DNA of 63,256 nt, filler included, from Sphacelaria rigidula (lineage: Eukaryota), in the NCBI GenBank assembly GCA_964200075.2. It is 9 parts of 9 records of this genome, joined end to end, with 100 filler letters (N's around TTAATTAATTAA, not from the genome) between each part and the next. Parts side by side here need not be neighbours in the genome. Positions count along the whole stretch, not along the records: positions 56,318 to 63,256 come from CAXNAA020017309.1; 8 more parts are not named here. The stretch is one strand, 5' to 3'. Position 1 is the first letter of the stretch; every line of letters begins with the position of its first letter. Positions 62,205 to 63,256 of the stretch are shown piece by piece. The position numbers were made by a program, and so were the translations under genes. The notes under the pieces were generated by a model, which saw nothing but the letters and a program-made list of their open reading frames with translations, had not been told where the DNA came from and did no database searches.

Positions 62205-63185
62205 GTATACATGGTGGGAAACGAGATACGATATGTTATCGAATTATTGCGCAGTTTTAGGCCATACCTATGCGGTATATCCCGGCTATGTCGGAGTAGA
62301 TATATCTGGGATTGGGATTCGATACCAACCGCTAGTATACAGTTCCCACTTGGGGTATGTGGTCGCCTACACGGCTCTATTGTAGTCTAGAAACGAAACC
62401 GCCTCCCAAGAATGCGGGGGAATCAAGGAAACGCGGGTGCGGCAAGACTTTGACCAATGAGGGCGGATGCACTGCGCTACTTGAATACCAAGAGCATATC
62501 ACTTGCCGTCGGCTTAGCCCCCGACTTTCTGCCAGCTAGCATTCGCGAACACGTACATGCCAAGTAGCCCCATTCCGATTCTAAAGGAGCAGTCTGTTTA
62601 TGCTGCAACATCGGCCCCAAACACCGTAGCGAGATACGCAGGGAGGGGGTCGCTCACGCCAGAGGCTACTACTGTGTGAACAACCTCGATAGCACAGAGT
62701 TCCCGCCTTGACAGGCGAGTGTGTAGTACGAGATGTGAGTTCCAGTCAACGTGAGGTACCATGCAGCAAAGCGGTTGACAACGAGCCGAGTTGACGGTAC
62801 TGGGGGGTGATGCATATGCCGGCAGAGAAAGAGGGAGAGAGGAAGAGAGAGGCAGAGACAGACGGGGCATACACGTTATGCGACACTCTTGGACTGCATA
62901 TATATCATACAAACGGCAATCTACGCCTAAGGGGCGTTGTGTCCCCCCTCTCGCCAGTGTCCCCCCTCTCGCCAGTGGTGGTTGTTTGTGAAGATAGATG
63001 GACTGTCACTACACCAAGGAACTTGTCGTTCGTGATTGTGATCCTACGATTCCCGATCCTATACACAACTATAAAAATTGAACAGCCGTACGACCTGTTG
63101 TCTCCTTGAATCTAATTTGTTATTCTTGGTCGATTTCGTCGCGTAGCTTCGTGCAGTACCGGACTATGAAGGAACAATAATAATA

Positions 63186-63256
63186 CGAGCTGGGCCAGCC
63201 TAGAGGCTGCATGAACGTTTGAAGGCGGATGCGCCGGCCAATATTTGGAGTTAGAC
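63186..63256. mobile_element. Start of another CGAGCTGGGCCAG-family element, cut by the contig end
   Basis: TA|CGAGCTGGGCCAGCCTAGA. Confidence 0.7.

Overview
This window is not one locus. It is nine unrelated contigs (five of 6940 bp, four of 6939 bp, apparently sorted by length) joined by artificial 100-nt spacers (N44-TTAATTAATTAA-N44). The DNA is eukaryotic, intron-rich and repeat-rich, and looks like a brown alga or related stramenopile. The evidence is a signal peptide plus SAF plastid-targeting motif, 72-nt one-repeat LRR exons and kb-scale introns. Recognisable host exons are exon 1 of a plastid-targeted protein head-to-head with exon 1 of UBP14/USP5, one HisRS-like exon, a partly decayed LRR gene, four NUP205 exons and one orphan charged exon. 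Mobile DNA dominates: a decayed APE-RT LINE, a decayed spliced Sola2-like transposase, a TIR element with a P-element-like transposase remnant and an internal 117-bp hairpin, several MITE families, a candidate mini-Helitron and tRNA-headed SINE-like repeats. The most unusual signal is a non-LTR retrotransposon 3' end, seen about nine times, that is followed by C-runs rather than poly(A) and has target duplications starting with CCCC. This suggests a C-tailed LINE that targets G-runs. All family assignments come from motif recognition by eye, and no searches were run.
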